A stretch of DNA of 62,879 nucleotides, filler included, from Sphacelaria rigidula (taxonomy: Eukaryota), in NCBI GenBank assembly GCA_964200075.2. It is 10 parts of 10 records of this genome, joined end to end, with 100 filler letters (N's around TTAATTAATTAA, not from the genome) between each part and the next. Parts side by side here need not be neighbours in the genome. Positions count along the whole stretch, not along the records: positions 12,598 to 18,795 come from CAXNAA020021570.1; positions 18,896 to 25,093 come from CAXNAA020021571.1; positions 25,194 to 31,391 come from CAXNAA020021572.1; 7 more parts are not named here. One strand, written 5' to 3'. Below the pieces are notes generated by a model. The model did not search any database and was not told where the DNA came from. It saw nothing but the letters and a program-made list of their open reading frames with translations. The translations under genes were made by a program, and so were the position numbers. Below, piece after piece: positions 13,406-27,067 of this stretch (position 1 is its first letter; the number at the start of each line of letters is the position of its first letter).

Positions 13406-13499
13406 CTGAGGTCCACCCAGCTGATCCTGCGACGTGTACACCTCCCTCCCGAGTAGCTTGTTTAGTGCCGAAAAACCAGTCAAGATGATGGGACCATTC
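13406..13499 (-). CDS. ACC: Acetyl-CoA carboxylase exon (carboxyltransferase)
   Basis: (R)[35 protein letters not shown] bounded, phase matches neighbours. Confidence 0.95.
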
Positions 13500-14482
13500 C
13501 TGAGAACGGGCGCCAAGGGCACGTGCAACCAAGACACACACACAACAACAACAACACAAAAGGAAAAAGGGAACACGTCAAGCACAGATGACTGACGAGA
13601 CTCAGCACGGGAAGACGGAAAACAAAAACAACAACACGACAAAATAGCTCAAATACAGTTCCTAAAACGACTGAATCACCCCTCAAACACGAGAAAGCAA
13701 AATACTGACCACCACGTATGTCCACCTGAACACTCTTTATACCAGATGAAACAAGGCAACGCGTTCAAGGGCACACACCAGAATCGGCATTTCATATTCA
13801 CCATCGACACGATCATCCTGTGTCGTCAAATACACACCCACGAGTAGCACACGCAATGTCAGAATGTTGAAACTCAGTGCTTTGCGTGGGTGTCACATCA
13901 ACACAAGGGTACATGCGAGCTCGCCCTCCCCCCCCCCCGCTCCTTCCCACCTCACCTATCCAGATTCAAATTAAAGTTGGGGTTACGTTACGTACACGTG
14001 AAGGGAAACGAATCATGGGTTCAAATTTTCGCCTCGTCGTGGAAGGATCATCCGTGTCATCTCCCGCAAAGTATGAAACACTACATTTTTGTATGCCTGC
14101 GGGGCAGTATTTAACTGAGAGCGAGGCCTATTTTTTTGCGTAATATTCAGGCGAGGATTGACCATGGCTTCGGTAGTAAGTCGACCTGCACCGGATACAA
14201 AACAGTTTTATTGTGACTCTAAAGGGATTGACGGTGGCCCTCGTTAAGTTGAGTTTTTACTTTAAATACCCGTCACCTAGGGTTCGGGAAATTCGGCTGA
14301 ACATATATGAGTATTCCTGACGTGCTCTCACATATTGCATAGGTGGTGTTTTGGATGAGATATCAAGGGCTACTAATAATTCCAACCTCAGAAAATATTC
14401 GTGCACCCCTACGGTAGCATTATGCTGGCATAGATACGGCGCATTTGCGTCCGTACCTCACGACTTGACAACGCACGCATAC

Positions 14483-14643
14483 CTCATCTGGATGGTCCTC
14501 TGCCCCAGGCGAACGAGGTACGCGCCGATGCCGACCGAGCGCCCGGTAACGTACGACAGAGTGAAGCCTTCGTCGTAAGCTCTCGACGTCTCACCCGCGA
14601 TCATACCTGAGCCGCGCAAGTTCTCAACTCCAATACCGTGTAC
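14483..14643 (-). CDS. ACC: Acetyl-CoA carboxylase exon (carboxyltransferase)
   Basis: [53 protein letters not shown], hallmark ACCase CT motif. Confidence 0.97.
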
Positions 14644-14819
14644 CTGCAATATTTTTTTTATTGCAAAATGTAAGATAATCAATGATCATTCAATTGGAAT
14701 AAACCAACCGAAGTACAGAAATATAGATGTGTGTATATGTTCGTGTCGAACGAAACTTACGGAAGGAAAAGAAATAAAACATCCGTAACAATTCGCATTA
14801 ATTTTCTTCACACTATTGA

Positions 14820-15048
14820 CAGCTCATGAGCTGCCGACGTATTACTTGCTATTGGTGCACTGATCCGGATCCTGGGTTAGCCTAGCGTAATAGGTTCGTT
14901 TTTCATATTTGCCCCGAACAGCGCCGGACGTGAAGCACGCGTAGCAGCGCTTCGGCTTGTCGGAACCCGCTGTCGCATAGTTCGTGTTTTTGGAGGAGGA
15001 ATCGGAGAATCCTCTTCGATTACTCATCATAGGTCGCTCATGAGCTGT
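14820..15048. mobile_element. ~230-bp MITE (ACAGCTCATGAGC ends) in ACCase intron
   Basis: 13-bp TIR; paralogous copy at 32321-33176 is interrupted by a mariner-type MITE. Confidence 0.7.
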
Positions 15049-15551
15049 TAGGCGAGTTAATTTTTCCTGCCCATACATGGTCTCAATGAAAACAAGGGTA
15101 CATCATACAGCATCGAAAAAGGACAAGAAAAAAAAAAGGCAGAACGGAGCCAACCAACGAAAAAAAATGCACAGTGGCATGAATCATCACATCGGGCAAA
15201 CAGGCGGGGCACATCGAAGAAGGCAGGAAAATAAATTTCCATGGAGACGCAATTGGAGAAAGCAAAGTGGACCTTCACCAGCTCATGATCAAACAAGAGT
15301 ATAGCATAATAGAATGTACAACACTGCGCGACGTACGTACACCATCTCGTGCTATTTCCCCCCCCGACCAATGTTCCCCGCGACAGTTGTCGCACGTCTC
15401 CTCTTCTACTTTCCCGCCAATTTTTCTTTACCCGCTTAACCAACGGTATCAGCCAAACTTGCAGCGCTTTTCGCCCGTTACCCAATCTTATGTGCCCAGA
15501 CGAGTCAATTTTTTCTTTCATTCGCCTCCTGCAAATTCGTTCTCTTCTCAC

Positions 15552-15707
15552 CTGTCCGATGATGTCGGTGAGCTCGTAGCGCTTCTCGCCCTCTACCATG
15601 ACTTCTCTAGCATTGACAGTGCCGTCCTCCAGAGCCTCGTAGTCCTCGGGGGTGAGGTAGAGATACTTGAAGCCTTGGGCAGGGTTTGATTCGTCGTTCC
15701 ACGCGAT
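15552..15707 (-). CDS. ACC: Acetyl-CoA carboxylase exon
   Basis: IAWNDESNPAQGFKYLYLTPEDY...RYELTDIIGQ; 156 nt, phase 0/0. Confidence 0.95.
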
Positions 15708-16583
15708 CTGTTCAAAGACACACACGCACGCACATGCACACGACCGACCAAGCAGATCGGAATTGTCAGGACAGCAGCAACAACACAAACTGGAAAACCA
15801 TGCGCACGTACAAACTACAATACGCTCAAAAACAAACGAAGAAAAAAAGAACTGGGAATTTCATCATGGAATTTTTTTTCGAAAAAAATATAAAGGGTAA
15901 TATAAGGCAAGAAGAGAACTTGAGAAACAACAGCAAGGAGAAAGATTAAAGGATGGAGTTAGAGACAGGAGGCACCGCTTTTGAAGACAACGAAAACAAG
16001 GCGAGATGGAAAGACGAAAGACAAGTGAACGACGACGAATGAGCAAGACCATATATCGTGTAGTACGTGAGAGATGGGAGAAAAAAAGTGCGGCTGGGAA
16101 AAACAGTAAAAAAAGTCATCAAGAAAAAAGTAAAGGAAACACCTACAAAAAAGTGCGTCCACCAAAACGATATGCCCACAAGTCAGGTCACGGCGGGGGT
16201 TGCACAAAACAGGCCCAAATCTTTTCTTCAGGGGCTCCTAAAGCTAAGAGCTACACAACGATATGGGACAATCTCCGACACTCCATTATTCTGTTTTCCG
16301 GGCGAGGAAGAGGGCTCCTGATGACTTCAATCTTGGAAAAAAAAAATCGCATCCCCACCGTGGCACAATATCTCAAGAAATTTATGTCAGTAAACAGAAC
16401 TCATTCAACCATCAATTGATTGACATTTCCAGAGTACCGCCTCACCCCTTCCCCCCCCCACTCGCCAATTCTTGCCGGCTTAGTGCTGAAACTGAAGAAT
16501 ATACTACCCTTCGATTTTTGGACAAGAGGAACGTATGATGGCCCACCAATGATAGCACACCCAAGACTCGTTGGTATCTCCAC

Positions 16584-16703
16584 CTTAAATTTGGGCTTCA
16601 GCTCCTCCACCAAGCCGATGCGCGCTCCAGAGTTGGAAGAGATATAGATGCGAGGGATCCCGAGGTTGCGGGCATATTCCGAGGCCGCCTTGAAGAAGTC
16701 ATC
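16584..16703 (-). CDS. ACC: Acetyl-CoA carboxylase exon
   Basis: [40 protein letters not shown]; 120 nt, phase 0/0. Confidence 0.96.
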
Positions 16704-17034
16704 CTGTTTTTTCGTCGGTTTTGTTTGGGTTCATGTTTGGTTTTGGTTTGGCCCCCGAAGAAAAAGAAAAAAAGGAGGAGACAGACGGGAGGAATATAAG
16801 ATTGGACATGAGGAAACAGCTTTGCGATGTCGAGAGCAACTACCATCAATGATACGGGGTGCAACAAACACTATCGAAGGCATATATTGGAAAAAAAGGA
16901 AAAAAATTTCACAGTATGTGGACTAGCCCCGCCGGGTAAAGGGTAACAACACCCACACAATTTCCAATGCACTACTCGCACTGCTACCCACGTTGAGGGT
17001 AATTTTCACATCCGGAACAATATAAAGTCCACTG

Positions 17035-17275
17035 TTGTAATAGGCAAATATACTTTACGCAGTGCGTTTCTGTCCATGACAACGATTCACCACGGACGAC
17101 AGCAATTGCAACAGGTCTATACTTCACGCAGTACATTTGTCTATTGCAACCATCAACCGTAGCCGACGATAGCTGCAACAGGTCTATACTTTACGGGTAC
17201 ATTTCGTGTCTATTGCAACTATTGACCAAAGCCGACAACGGTTACAATAGGGCTATATTTTACGCAGTATATTTC
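17035..17275. repeat. Degenerate ~67-70-bp tandem repeat (about 4 units), intronic
   Basis: Recurrent CAACAGGTCTATACTTYACG...GTCTATTGCAAC. Confidence 0.7.
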
Positions 17276-17620
17276 TTCGTCGAGTGCAGCTATTTACCCT
17301 TCAGTGTTTACGGTGTGTTGACTTTCTTGCAGGGAGTACAGTAGTACCCATTTTGTATGTACCTGACGACAAACATCACGTCAAGCCCTACAATAACGGA
17401 GAATAAAGGTCATCATCCACAGACACGCACATAGTTTGGAGATCTGAACTGTTCCGCACACGATTTTTCCCTGTACATTGGAGGTGCTTTAAAGTACAAT
17501 GGCGGACACCCATGTACATCCATTTGCCCACGGCACCCACATCCTGTGAAACATGACCAACAGACCTCACACGAGAAAATAGAATTTAGAAGTACGAGAG
17601 AAAAAGAAAAAAAAACGCAC

Positions 17621-17815
17621 CTCCCGCACACCGAAAGATCCGGACTGGAAGGTGACGTCGTTGGCGATGATGACCAGCTCGCGACCGTCGGGGTACTCGG
17701 GCGTGCGCATCGCTACGTGCCACGCCAGCATCCCGACTTTGTTGGTGCCCACTACCCTGAACTGCTTGGCCAGAGAGCCGTCGGGCTGGAGCACCAGCTC
17801 GTCCGACTCGAAAAG
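17621..17815 (-). CDS. ACC: Acetyl-CoA carboxylase exon
   Basis: LFESDELVL...GTNKVGMLAWHVAMRTPEYPDGRELVIIANDVTFQSGSFGVRE; 195 nt. Confidence 0.96.
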
Positions 17816-18519
17816 CTGCACGCCCCCGCACGCCGACGTGTATATCGGGACGAAGAGACAATAAAAAAAGAAAAGCATGCGAACAAAAATCCGGAAGTTG
17901 GTTCATATCGTAGTTTTGCTCTACAACCAACGACGCGTTTCGGAGCAGCGTCTCACTACAAAACAACACAAGCAACAAGTAGCAAGCAAAGCCCAAGCAT
18001 TTCAAATCCTGGGCGAAACAAACAGCGTCAAAAATAAAAAAAATAAAAGGAGGAACGACCGACAAGATAAGTTTCGATTCAATGGAGGGACAAAATTAGG
18101 GTCCAACTTTACTAACCTCAGGAGTCAATACACATGAAGCTTAATGAGAAGTTTCAAAGATGATAGAGTAAAAAGATTTACTGAATACAGAATCAGTACA
18201 ATTTCTTTTCTTCTCTTCTAAAAATGCAGCCTCTGTCTAGACGCAAGATTCGATACCGTACGCATAACACTTTTCGAGGATGTATTGTCATCGTCCAGGA
18301 TAGGAAATATTTTGCGCAAAAATCCGAATCCCACGTTTCGCGGTACATGAGAACAGCAATCTGCACTGATATAGCACCGCCAAAATCGACACGATACGAC
18401 AATATAAGTATGAGGCACATTGACCCCAGCACCTCTTGAAGGTGATGGATCTGATACCCAGACGGTACCGACCAACCAACTACAGCACAAGGCAGGGCAG
18501 CTACAGGACACATACGTAC

Positions 18520-18606
18520 AGGGCTGGGCATTGACGTCATCGGGGGAGTGCCGGACGCGCCTGCAGCGTCCTTCAGCTCCGCAAGGAAGTCGCTCCACAT
18601 ACCGAT
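18520..18606 (-). CDS. ACC: Acetyl-CoA carboxylase exon (linker before CT domain)
   Basis: tag|IGMWSDFLAELKDAAGASGTPPMTSMPSP|gtacgt; 87 nt, in phase with the next exon. Confidence 0.8.
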
Positions 18607-19954
18607 CTACGCGAGAGCAGATGCATGGACGAGACACGGCGAAAAACAGATAGCGGGGAGGGAGGGAAACGGGGGCAAAAACACATACGTTATAAGCGAT
18701 GTCGGTTGGCATGTACAGAAGTCGGGGGGGGGGGGGGGGGGGGGGATTGGTGACCACGCCACCCCCAAAAAGGGGACGACGGACAAGGCCAACGCNNNNN
18801 NNNNNNNNNNNNNNNNNNNNNNNNNNNNNNNNNNNNNNNTTAATTAATTAANNNNNNNNNNNNNNNNNNNNNNNNNNNNNNNNNNNNNNNNNNNNTGCGA
18901 GGTCAATGGTCTGATGACTATGGCATACATGATCATGAGTACCCCTCCTCTCCCCTCCTTCGCTATGCACTCTGGTTCTAGTCTGTAGTAAGTGTCTCGT
19001 CCAGAAGGCTCAACCAGACTTGACCCGTCCGTCGACGACCGCTCCTCCTCCATCCTTGTCGCCGAAACCAGTCTACACACCGGCACACACGCTCCTTTGT
19101 GTCAAAGGTGTGCGTGCCAGCTTTCGACAGCGGTGTAATCAACCTCCGCGCAAACACCGAATCCCAACATACCCGCACTCAGGGTGTTGACACATTACAC
19201 TGCTTGTAACGAAGGCTGTACCCGCACTCAGGGTGTTGATATATGATATTGCTGCATTACATCAGGGGTGGGTGTGCCTGATGAGCACCATGCTGACCCA
19301 ATTTTACCACTACACCACGGCCTTGGCCAAGGGTGGTGGTGAGAAGATATCACTCCTTGAAGGTGATTCCGGCCCTACACCCGCCGAAAAGACCCCCCCC
19401 CACGCCGTACCGACAAGACTGGTCATAGCCTTCGTCAGAGGACGGCGAACGGAGGCGATATCCCTCCGAAATCAGTCGGGTCAGCCTCAACTCTTTTTTT
19501 GGAAAGGAATAATAATTATCTCTAGTATACCCGTGGAAGGTGTTGCTCGGGGCAGCTTTTCAGGCCGTGCTCAAACTTCTCTTCAGTCGCTCTGTCGATC
19601 CGTGTTTGTCGTATTGGTCGTATTTGCTATTAACACATCTCGGTACCGGTAGCGTGAAGTTGTGCTCAAAATGATTTTTCACCGCTTCATGTACGTCATG
19701 CAGCTCAACCAATAGACGTCAAGGCGACTCTCTGTAAGCAAGATACGCCTTTCGTGTCCCCACGCCACTGTAGCATATGAAGTGAGGTGAGCACTCAACA
19801 GGCTCATGTCGCTTCAAGAATGAAGTCCACCCGCAACCCTGACGGCTACCCCAACCCTGCAAATCTTGTTGGATCTCCCGCCCCTGTCGCTCGCGCATTA
19901 CGCCTCTTTACTCGGTTCACGTGGCCGACCCGGGAACGAATGGCTTGATAAGCA

Positions 19955-20053
19955 GACAGATCCTCGAGATGCGGTAGACGCTGAGACGACGTCGGAAAAA
20001 GTCAAGGCGTTCTCGTTTATGGGCGCTTCCGGGGATAGTTACTTCGACAAGAG
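19955..20053 (+). CDS. Possible isolated exon of an unknown gene
   Basis: Open frame TDPRDAVDAETTSEKVKAFSFMGASGDSYFDK ending at a strong AG|GTGAGC donor; no homology recognised. Confidence 0.35.
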
Positions 20054-23000
20054 GTGAGCAGTGTGCCGTACGTTGCTGAATAGTACTGTGCTGAACTGTA
20101 CTGTACTGTACTGTACTGTAGCGCTGTGTGATTGACACGAAGTAGCTGCACCAGACAAGTGCTGCAATGTGAAGACATGGGCAATGCAAGCGCTGTCAAT
20201 GCTGGCCATGCTGGGCGGTGGTTTAAATTTGATCCAACATGACCTGTAGAATATATGTGTAAGTACCTAAGGAGACTAACTAGTATACACCCTGGGCCGC
20301 TGTCGTCGAATAGTAAGTATGGGCGCGAGCCGTAATTTGTCGTGTCGCAATTTTTGGGCGAATTCAAGATATTTTGATGCAGCGTGTCCGAGAGCCTTGT
20401 GCTTTTCGGCTGCAGCAAAAGTGATGCATCAACCGTCAGCATGTCAGCATGTCAGCATCCATATACACCCACGTGTACGTGCCCATTCCGCGCTGATCCA
20501 CACTTGAATAATGCCTGATAGCAGCGAAGAAATAGAGGCTGCTTTGTCGAGAACAGTAGCCAGGGAAAGATGCACCTTGCACTTTTTGGTCACGAGAGGG
20601 TACAGTGGTCATCGCGTTTTTTTTTGCGGCGAAGATATGGCCTGGTTTTGAACTTGAGATTCCGACGATAAGACGCAGTTTTGCCTGCGGTATACAAACA
20701 TGGGCCGCAAGAAAGACCGGAAGAATCAAACGTGACAGTGCAAGACACACCTTCGAAGTTGTCGGCATCCACCAGAGCTGGCCTGTACCCTACACTGACC
20801 TAGAATGGCTGAGTATGCTTGTGCCTGCTCGTTCCTACTTGCAGTATCTTCGGGCGTCACCTCTTAAGGCATAACAAGCGTCGAATCTGCCCACTTTTAC
20901 AGCACACCTTCTCAGGTCACTATTATAATAACAGCATCTCCTTTCGCGGACACATGTATGCACGCTTGACTTTTCCTTGCACTCGTCAGACCTCGCTGAC
21001 CACGGTACCGTGTAGTGGCGAAAACCGCAACATGCACGTTTCACCATTCACCGCCCTTCCTTGAACGAATCGAAATTGCCAACGAAGAAAGGGGCTCAGC
21101 AGCCCCCAACAGGTAGGATATGGCAAGCAGGAGAAATAATCGGAACGTGGTTCGATGTGAGTAAGAAGCAAGGCGTCATATCGAGAGTAGCAGCAAGGGA
21201 GATACCCGAGTTATTCTCACTAATGATATATTTCCTCCATCATGTTATCGTACCACCGCGAGATACTGGAGCCGTACGGTAGGACAGCGCGATCCGAGTT
21301 CCCCGCTAGTCCGTTTCACTACACACTACACTGCTACGGGTGCTGGTTGATCAAACCACGTCACAATATTTGTAAGCATAGCATACTGTGGTGGATACTG
21401 TGAGACCCCCGAAAGCCAGTCAAGAATAGTGATAGCATCCCCGTAATGCTAGTCTTGTCCCCGAGCGGGGGCAGTGACATCCCGCGGCGCCCGTCGCCAT
21501 GATGTGTGCCATGTAGCGTGCGTCGCGGTTGTTCGGTAACTTTTTGATGCGTACTCAGATGTAACGAAGGGTGGGCAGGCTGAAAATCAAAGTCCTCTAC
21601 CCTAGGTTCAATGAAGGAGGGACTATCGATGTAAATAGCACCGTTTGAATGTTCGCGTCACCTCTAACCCTTGGCCCCGTATGCGGCGGCTTTTCGTTTC
21701 AGGTGCCCCCTACAGTACTGCACATCCCGGAATTGTAAAAGTTCTGCACCACAATTGGGGGGTTTCGCTGGATACTAGATGCCTTCCCTTTTCCATCATG
21801 TGCATGCGCACCGTGTGTTGATGTTGCCATTTGACGGTGTGGTGCTGGCCTTCGCTCCCGTATGCGTGCGTGTGCAGGGTATTGCTCAGCAGGGCAGGAC
21901 TGGACGTGGGGCTGAAGTGGGTCATCGACCGTCTTTAGTGTCCTTGTCGTTGCCAAGTACGAAGTGTGTGTTCTGAAGCTCTTCGACTTCACTTGACTGG
22001 GTCGTCAGCCGTTCAGGTGGACATCAGTCCTCTTGGGTAGGGCAGATGCGTTCACGACCATGCAGTCCACCACGGTACTTGGAGTTTTTTTCGTCGACGT
22101 CCACCCCCAGGGCGCGTCAACAAGGCCCCTCTGCAGTACTGACCGGAGAAGTAGATGCAAAACTCTTTGCCTCGGCCCCAAATTAGAGTCGTTGACTTCT
22201 AAAGTCGCGATCCGGTAGTGTACTACACGAGTACGACCTAGAAGACAGCACATGAATGTTTGCCTTGTTGTATGACTGTTGTAAGCGTCGTGTCATGTAA
22301 ATTCGATGATGGTAAGAAAACAGCTTGCAGCCGGATGAGGTTTTGTTTTGTTGCTGGTGGTGGCCAAATGCTCTTTTTGCAAGTCGGATGCGAGGGAAAG
22401 CTTGGTAAGATCGCGTGGAACAGTCGCATCAGTGCGGTGCTCTTTCTCGGGGGCTGTCGGAGAGTGCCCGCTGAGACTCGCGTTCGTGAGGAGCTCAGGC
22501 TAATCTTGTCGAGTTCGGTCAAAAGTTGGACTTATCGGACTCATGGATTGACTCCATGCTATATTGATACTACTTACGTTCGAGATAAAGCACATCCATA
22601 GCTCGGATGAGACTAAGAAATGAGGGTTGACGCTTGTGCCCAAAACGATGTTTGTTGCCTGCGGGCTGGCTCTGTATGTAGACCACCGTTTTTTTTCGTG
22701 TACAATTTTTGGAAGCTTGGGGCCGCACAGGTCACCAGTGAACTTCCTAGATATGTTATGTTTTTTAATCGAGGTGGTTGAGCACCACACCACTTGTCGG
22801 ACCCTCACGAAGGCGTGTATCACACCGGAAAGTGCTTACTAAGACCTATAGCTGGCGTAGTATAGCACCCGTGGGAGATGAGTTTGTCACCCTTGATTTT
22901 CTCGAAAGTGCACTTTCCACAGCTGTGACCAATGTCTCGTTGATAGTATCTTGTGCATTGGTTGAATGAAGAGTATCTTCTTGTACGGTTACGCAGGGTG

Positions 23001-23148
23001 TTTGTCAAAGTAATCGACCGTAGAAGGTCATCACCCTGCGATGCTGTCGAGGGGCGGCGAGCGCGGGCTTGCGTTTGTGCACTCATGTTGCAGTTTGTGG
23101 TGCATATGCCGTAGGAGGACTATTGATGAACAAATGGGAAAAACGTTA

Positions 23149-23754
23149 CGAGGTGGGCCAGCCAAGAGTAGGTGTGAATCTCACTTAGGCGACGCACGGC
23201 GCGATACTAGGAGTTGGACCCTGAAATTTTGACAGCAGCTTTTTATGATAAACATGCAGAACATCACGTGAGCAGCAAAGAAGAATATAAAAATAAATAA
23301 GGAAGTTGTGGGGATTCGAAATTTCAGCACAAACAAGGTACTATGATGCCACAAGTCTAGGAAAAAAAGGAGAATCTGCAGCTGCTCACATGAAGTATCA
23401 GTTCCTTGGGTGCAGAAGGTCTTCTCGAAATTTCAGCTCAACAGTCGTCGAATTGGGCCGTGCGTTCAACATTTTCCGTGACGCTGCTGCACCCCTATAA
23501 TTCAAGTGATGGGAGACTCCAATTATCGAGGTCGTGAGTTCGAATCCCGACAGATTCTCTTCTTTTCCGTCCGTCGTTAAGGTTATACATTATGCAGTAC
23601 ATTTTTTTCATTTTTTTCTTCATTCAGCGGCTGTGCCGTGTGTTACCAGGTTGGTCTGCACTTCACAGTTGTATGCTTACATCGGCTTCATTCGGGAAAC
23701 CGGGAAAGCTGTGGTGTGAGCAACTCTTAACCGCTTTTAAGCTGGCCCAGCTCG
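23149..23754. mobile_element. Tc1/mariner-type MITE (~610 bp)
   Basis: TA|CGAGSTGGGCCAGC...GCTGGCCCAGCTCG|TA; family copies at 32536-33148, 44088-44430, 44516-45136. Confidence 0.85.
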
Positions 23755-24210
23755 TACCTTCTTGCCGAATTCGTGGGCGACTTAGGAATAGTGGTATTGG
23801 TTTCAGTAGCGGCGGGGTCTCACGAGAGAGTGATGACAGCGGATGGATGCACACTGGGAATTAGTGACCGCAACCGACATTCACACATACATGTACGTCA
23901 ACGACACATTTACGTAATATAAAATCACACGACAAGGGGTGAACGCCTGGCTGGTGTAGTGCAGCGTTGTCAGTTAAGACACTTTCTACGATAGCCCTCC
24001 TCCCCCCCAAAAGTGCATGGTTTTGGGAGGCAAAATCTTCACGTAAATCGAAATGAGAAAAGCCGAGCACAACGAGCAGCTGGGAATTCCCACGTTCGGG
24101 GTCGTTCTAGCCAACATCGCCAATGTGAGGCGCTTCATGCAGCCTGAACCCAAACATCAGACGCTGTTTGGCCATTTTTTCCGTGACATTTTAGGGCTGG
24201 TTTTGGCGGG

Positions 24211-25027
24211 GGGGCTATCGCAGAAAGTGTCTTGACTTCCGAGTATCGTCATCATCCGAGGTCGCGCTATTATATGTTGAAAGCTTTTACCCATGTAGGT
24301 TTCCTGCCGGTGTCTTGTGGTGGAGATATCTACAGTTTCTATGATAGCATGCGTCACGACGAGTAGAGAACAAATACACGAAATTCAAGGCTCGATTTTA
24401 TGAGCATCAACCGCACAATATTCTTTGTCGTCGGGCGGGGCGTGCCGAATCCGCACACCCGCAGCAACTGATATTATTTCACCGCCTGTTTTTTTCCATT
24501 CTTCCCATACGAAACAGTAGATTCTCGGAAATAGTGAAGAAAAAAATGAGGGGTTCAATACTTTGCCTGATCTAAATTCATGACAAATGGCTTTCATATG
24601 GACGACCCCATCCCTCCCGACCCGCCTTGAACTATTTCGGGGGATTTCTAGCCTTTCACTCCCCCAAAGTGTATGTACGAAAGCACGATTTTTGGGCAAA
24701 TAAGCGTGTTTTTTTCAACCCGAAATCGAGGCAAAAGTGTGCTTTCGCACATACCCTTTGGGGAACGGAAGGCTAGAAACCCCCCGAAATAGTTTTATGG
24801 AGGTCGGGAGGGAAAAGGTCGCCCGTATGAAAGTAGTTCATGAATTTAGGTCAAGGAAAGCACGGCTTCTGAGTTGAACCTCATCTTTTTTTCAACTCCA
24901 TTTTCGAGAATACACTGTTACAAGAGGTCCGCTCTCATGTTTGAGAATCCCCCCTTTTTTGTTTCAAAAATTAAGTGAGGGTTTTTCAATGCATGTGTTG
25001 ATTCAGGACACTTTCTACGATAGCCCC
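24211..25027. mobile_element. Foldback MITE (GGGCTATCGYAGAAAGTGTC TIR)
   Basis: TIR at 24211-24234 and 25005-25027. Long internal inverted arms at ~24525-24690 vs ~24740-24910; extra end at 23977-23997. Confidence 0.7.
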
Positions 25028-26499
25028 CCCCCCCAAAAACAACTAAAAAAAACACCAAAAAAAAAGGCATACAAAAACGGAAAAACAAAACGTNNNNNNN
25101 NNNNNNNNNNNNNNNNNNNNNNNNNNNNNNNNNNNNNTTAATTAATTAANNNNNNNNNNNNNNNNNNNNNNNNNNNNNNNNNNNNNNNNNNNNGAGAGTG
25201 AGCGCTCATGGCAGCTAGGTAGCTGCCATGAGCGGGATACTGTAGTCACACACACACGACTACCAGTACCCGCACGTCCGCATCATTATATCCGCACGTG
25301 TGCATGTTCACTCAGTGTACCTGTTCACATGAACATCCACAGTGGTTCTGACCTATATGAGTGCTATTGTGACAAGTTACCCTCAATGGCCACACTCGAC
25401 GACAGGAGGGTCGGCGCTTGCTCCAGCCGAGCCACTTCGCTCGGATATTGTCACCTTACAATCAGCACCGTCTTCCGCGCCTGAAACGCTGAATATAGTT
25501 TATTATCTTCCATTTGCATCACAACGTATGATCATGTTCTAATTGACACTAGTACTCTGTACACAGAATAATACTGCGTCAAAAAGGTAAAGGCGCCTCA
25601 TGAAACGTATGTACGACGAGAATCGGATCTTGAGTGGGGCTCACAGTCCCGTGTTCACCTGCACAGAACGCAGTTCGTTCCAGGCACCGATTCCGGGTCT
25701 ACCAAGGCTATCCCTTGCCTGGGAAATGTACGTATGTACAGCCCTTATTGGCCGAGGGTTCTCGGTATGCGTTGGGGGTCTACCAAGGCCGTACTTTGCC
25801 TAGGGAATGCTATGTACCGCCCTTGCCCGAGGGTTCTTCGCATACGTTGGGTTGGGATTGGGGTTAGGGGTAGCGATACTTGTGAACTGTGCATGAACAT
25901 TCGTAGCCCAAGGTCGGCGACCCTTTTGACAATATGGACAGTTCATCTGGACTTTGCTCACTTTTGTCAAGTGAAGTTGATGCCGATTCAGAAGGTGACT
26001 ATTATAATGCAGTACAGCACTCTCAGACCGCGAACGTAGTCCATCTGGAGTTTGCTCACTTTTTTCAAGTGAAATTGATGCCGATTTAACATATGACCAA
26101 CTCTCGTCCAAGGGTTGCCTCAACACGTAGGCAAACTGAAGCTTCCATATTTTGACGCTTCAAGTGCCTGTACTGTACAGTTGTGATGAGTTTAGGCGGG
26201 AACTTCAGGAAGCATGTTGGGCCCCGTGGCGGGGCATTTCGCAACTGAAACGATTCATGTACTGATTGACCTATATTCACTCTCGACCATGTCTACAAAT
26301 TTTGATTTGACCCTTTGATTGCGAGGAGGGTAGATCACCTGCTGAATCGGTATCACTTTCACTTGGAACAGGTATGTGTGATCCAGATGGACTATCCGCA
26401 TCGCGGTTCAACCCTCGGACGGTGGGCATAGTTGATCTGTTGAATCAGCATCAACTTATATTGAAAAATGAATCCAGGGTCAGATTACATACCTTGCAG

Positions 26500-26715
26500 T
26501 CACACAGTCGAAGGTCGTCGACCCAAAGGGACTGCTGAACCTCTCTCGCGATAACAAAATTATGGCAAGCACCGCAGAAGGAGAGTGGGGAAGTGAAACG
26601 AATCAAGAAAAACTCCGGTGTTGCCCTTCCTCCTGTGTGATCCTGGCTGGTGCGCCCACAAGTACGGAAACGTGTAGACCGGCGTCCAGAATAGATGGGA
26701 TGGCAACACAACATA
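26500..26715 (+). mobile_element. tRNA-SINE 3' part
   Basis: Similar to 110-325. Confidence 0.75.
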
Positions 26716-26969
26716 CACCTCTCCAAAGGTGAGGTTGGGGGTAACGCGTTGAATCGTCATCAATTTTAAATAAACCAGTATGTATGCTGAAGATATTCAC
26801 ATGTACCGAAGGTGACACACGGCGAGGGATGTCAATGTGGATAATACTTCATGGTTCAACCCTTACACAGCGAGGGTAGGTCACCTGCTGAATCGGCATC
26901 AGTTTAAACTTGAAAAAAGTGTGTGTTCCAAATGGACTACCCGCACCGCGGTCTAAGGTAGTATTTTAA

Positions 26970-27067
26970 CCCTTAGACCGCGACGTTAGTCTTCTATTGA
27001 ATCGGCATCAATTTCAAGTGAAAAAAAGTATGCATGATCCAGAAAGACTAATCTCGCGGTCTAAGGG
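26970..27067. mobile_element. 98-bp piggyBac-type micro-MITE
   Basis: TTAA|CCCTTAGACCGCGA...TCGCGGTCTAAGGG|TTAA; perfect 14-bp TIR and TTAA on both sides. Confidence 0.8.

Noticed and set aside
25845..25872. Telomeric TTAGGG-like motifs (also ~36381, ~41363)
   Set aside because: Only one or two units embedded in dispersed repeats; not an array.
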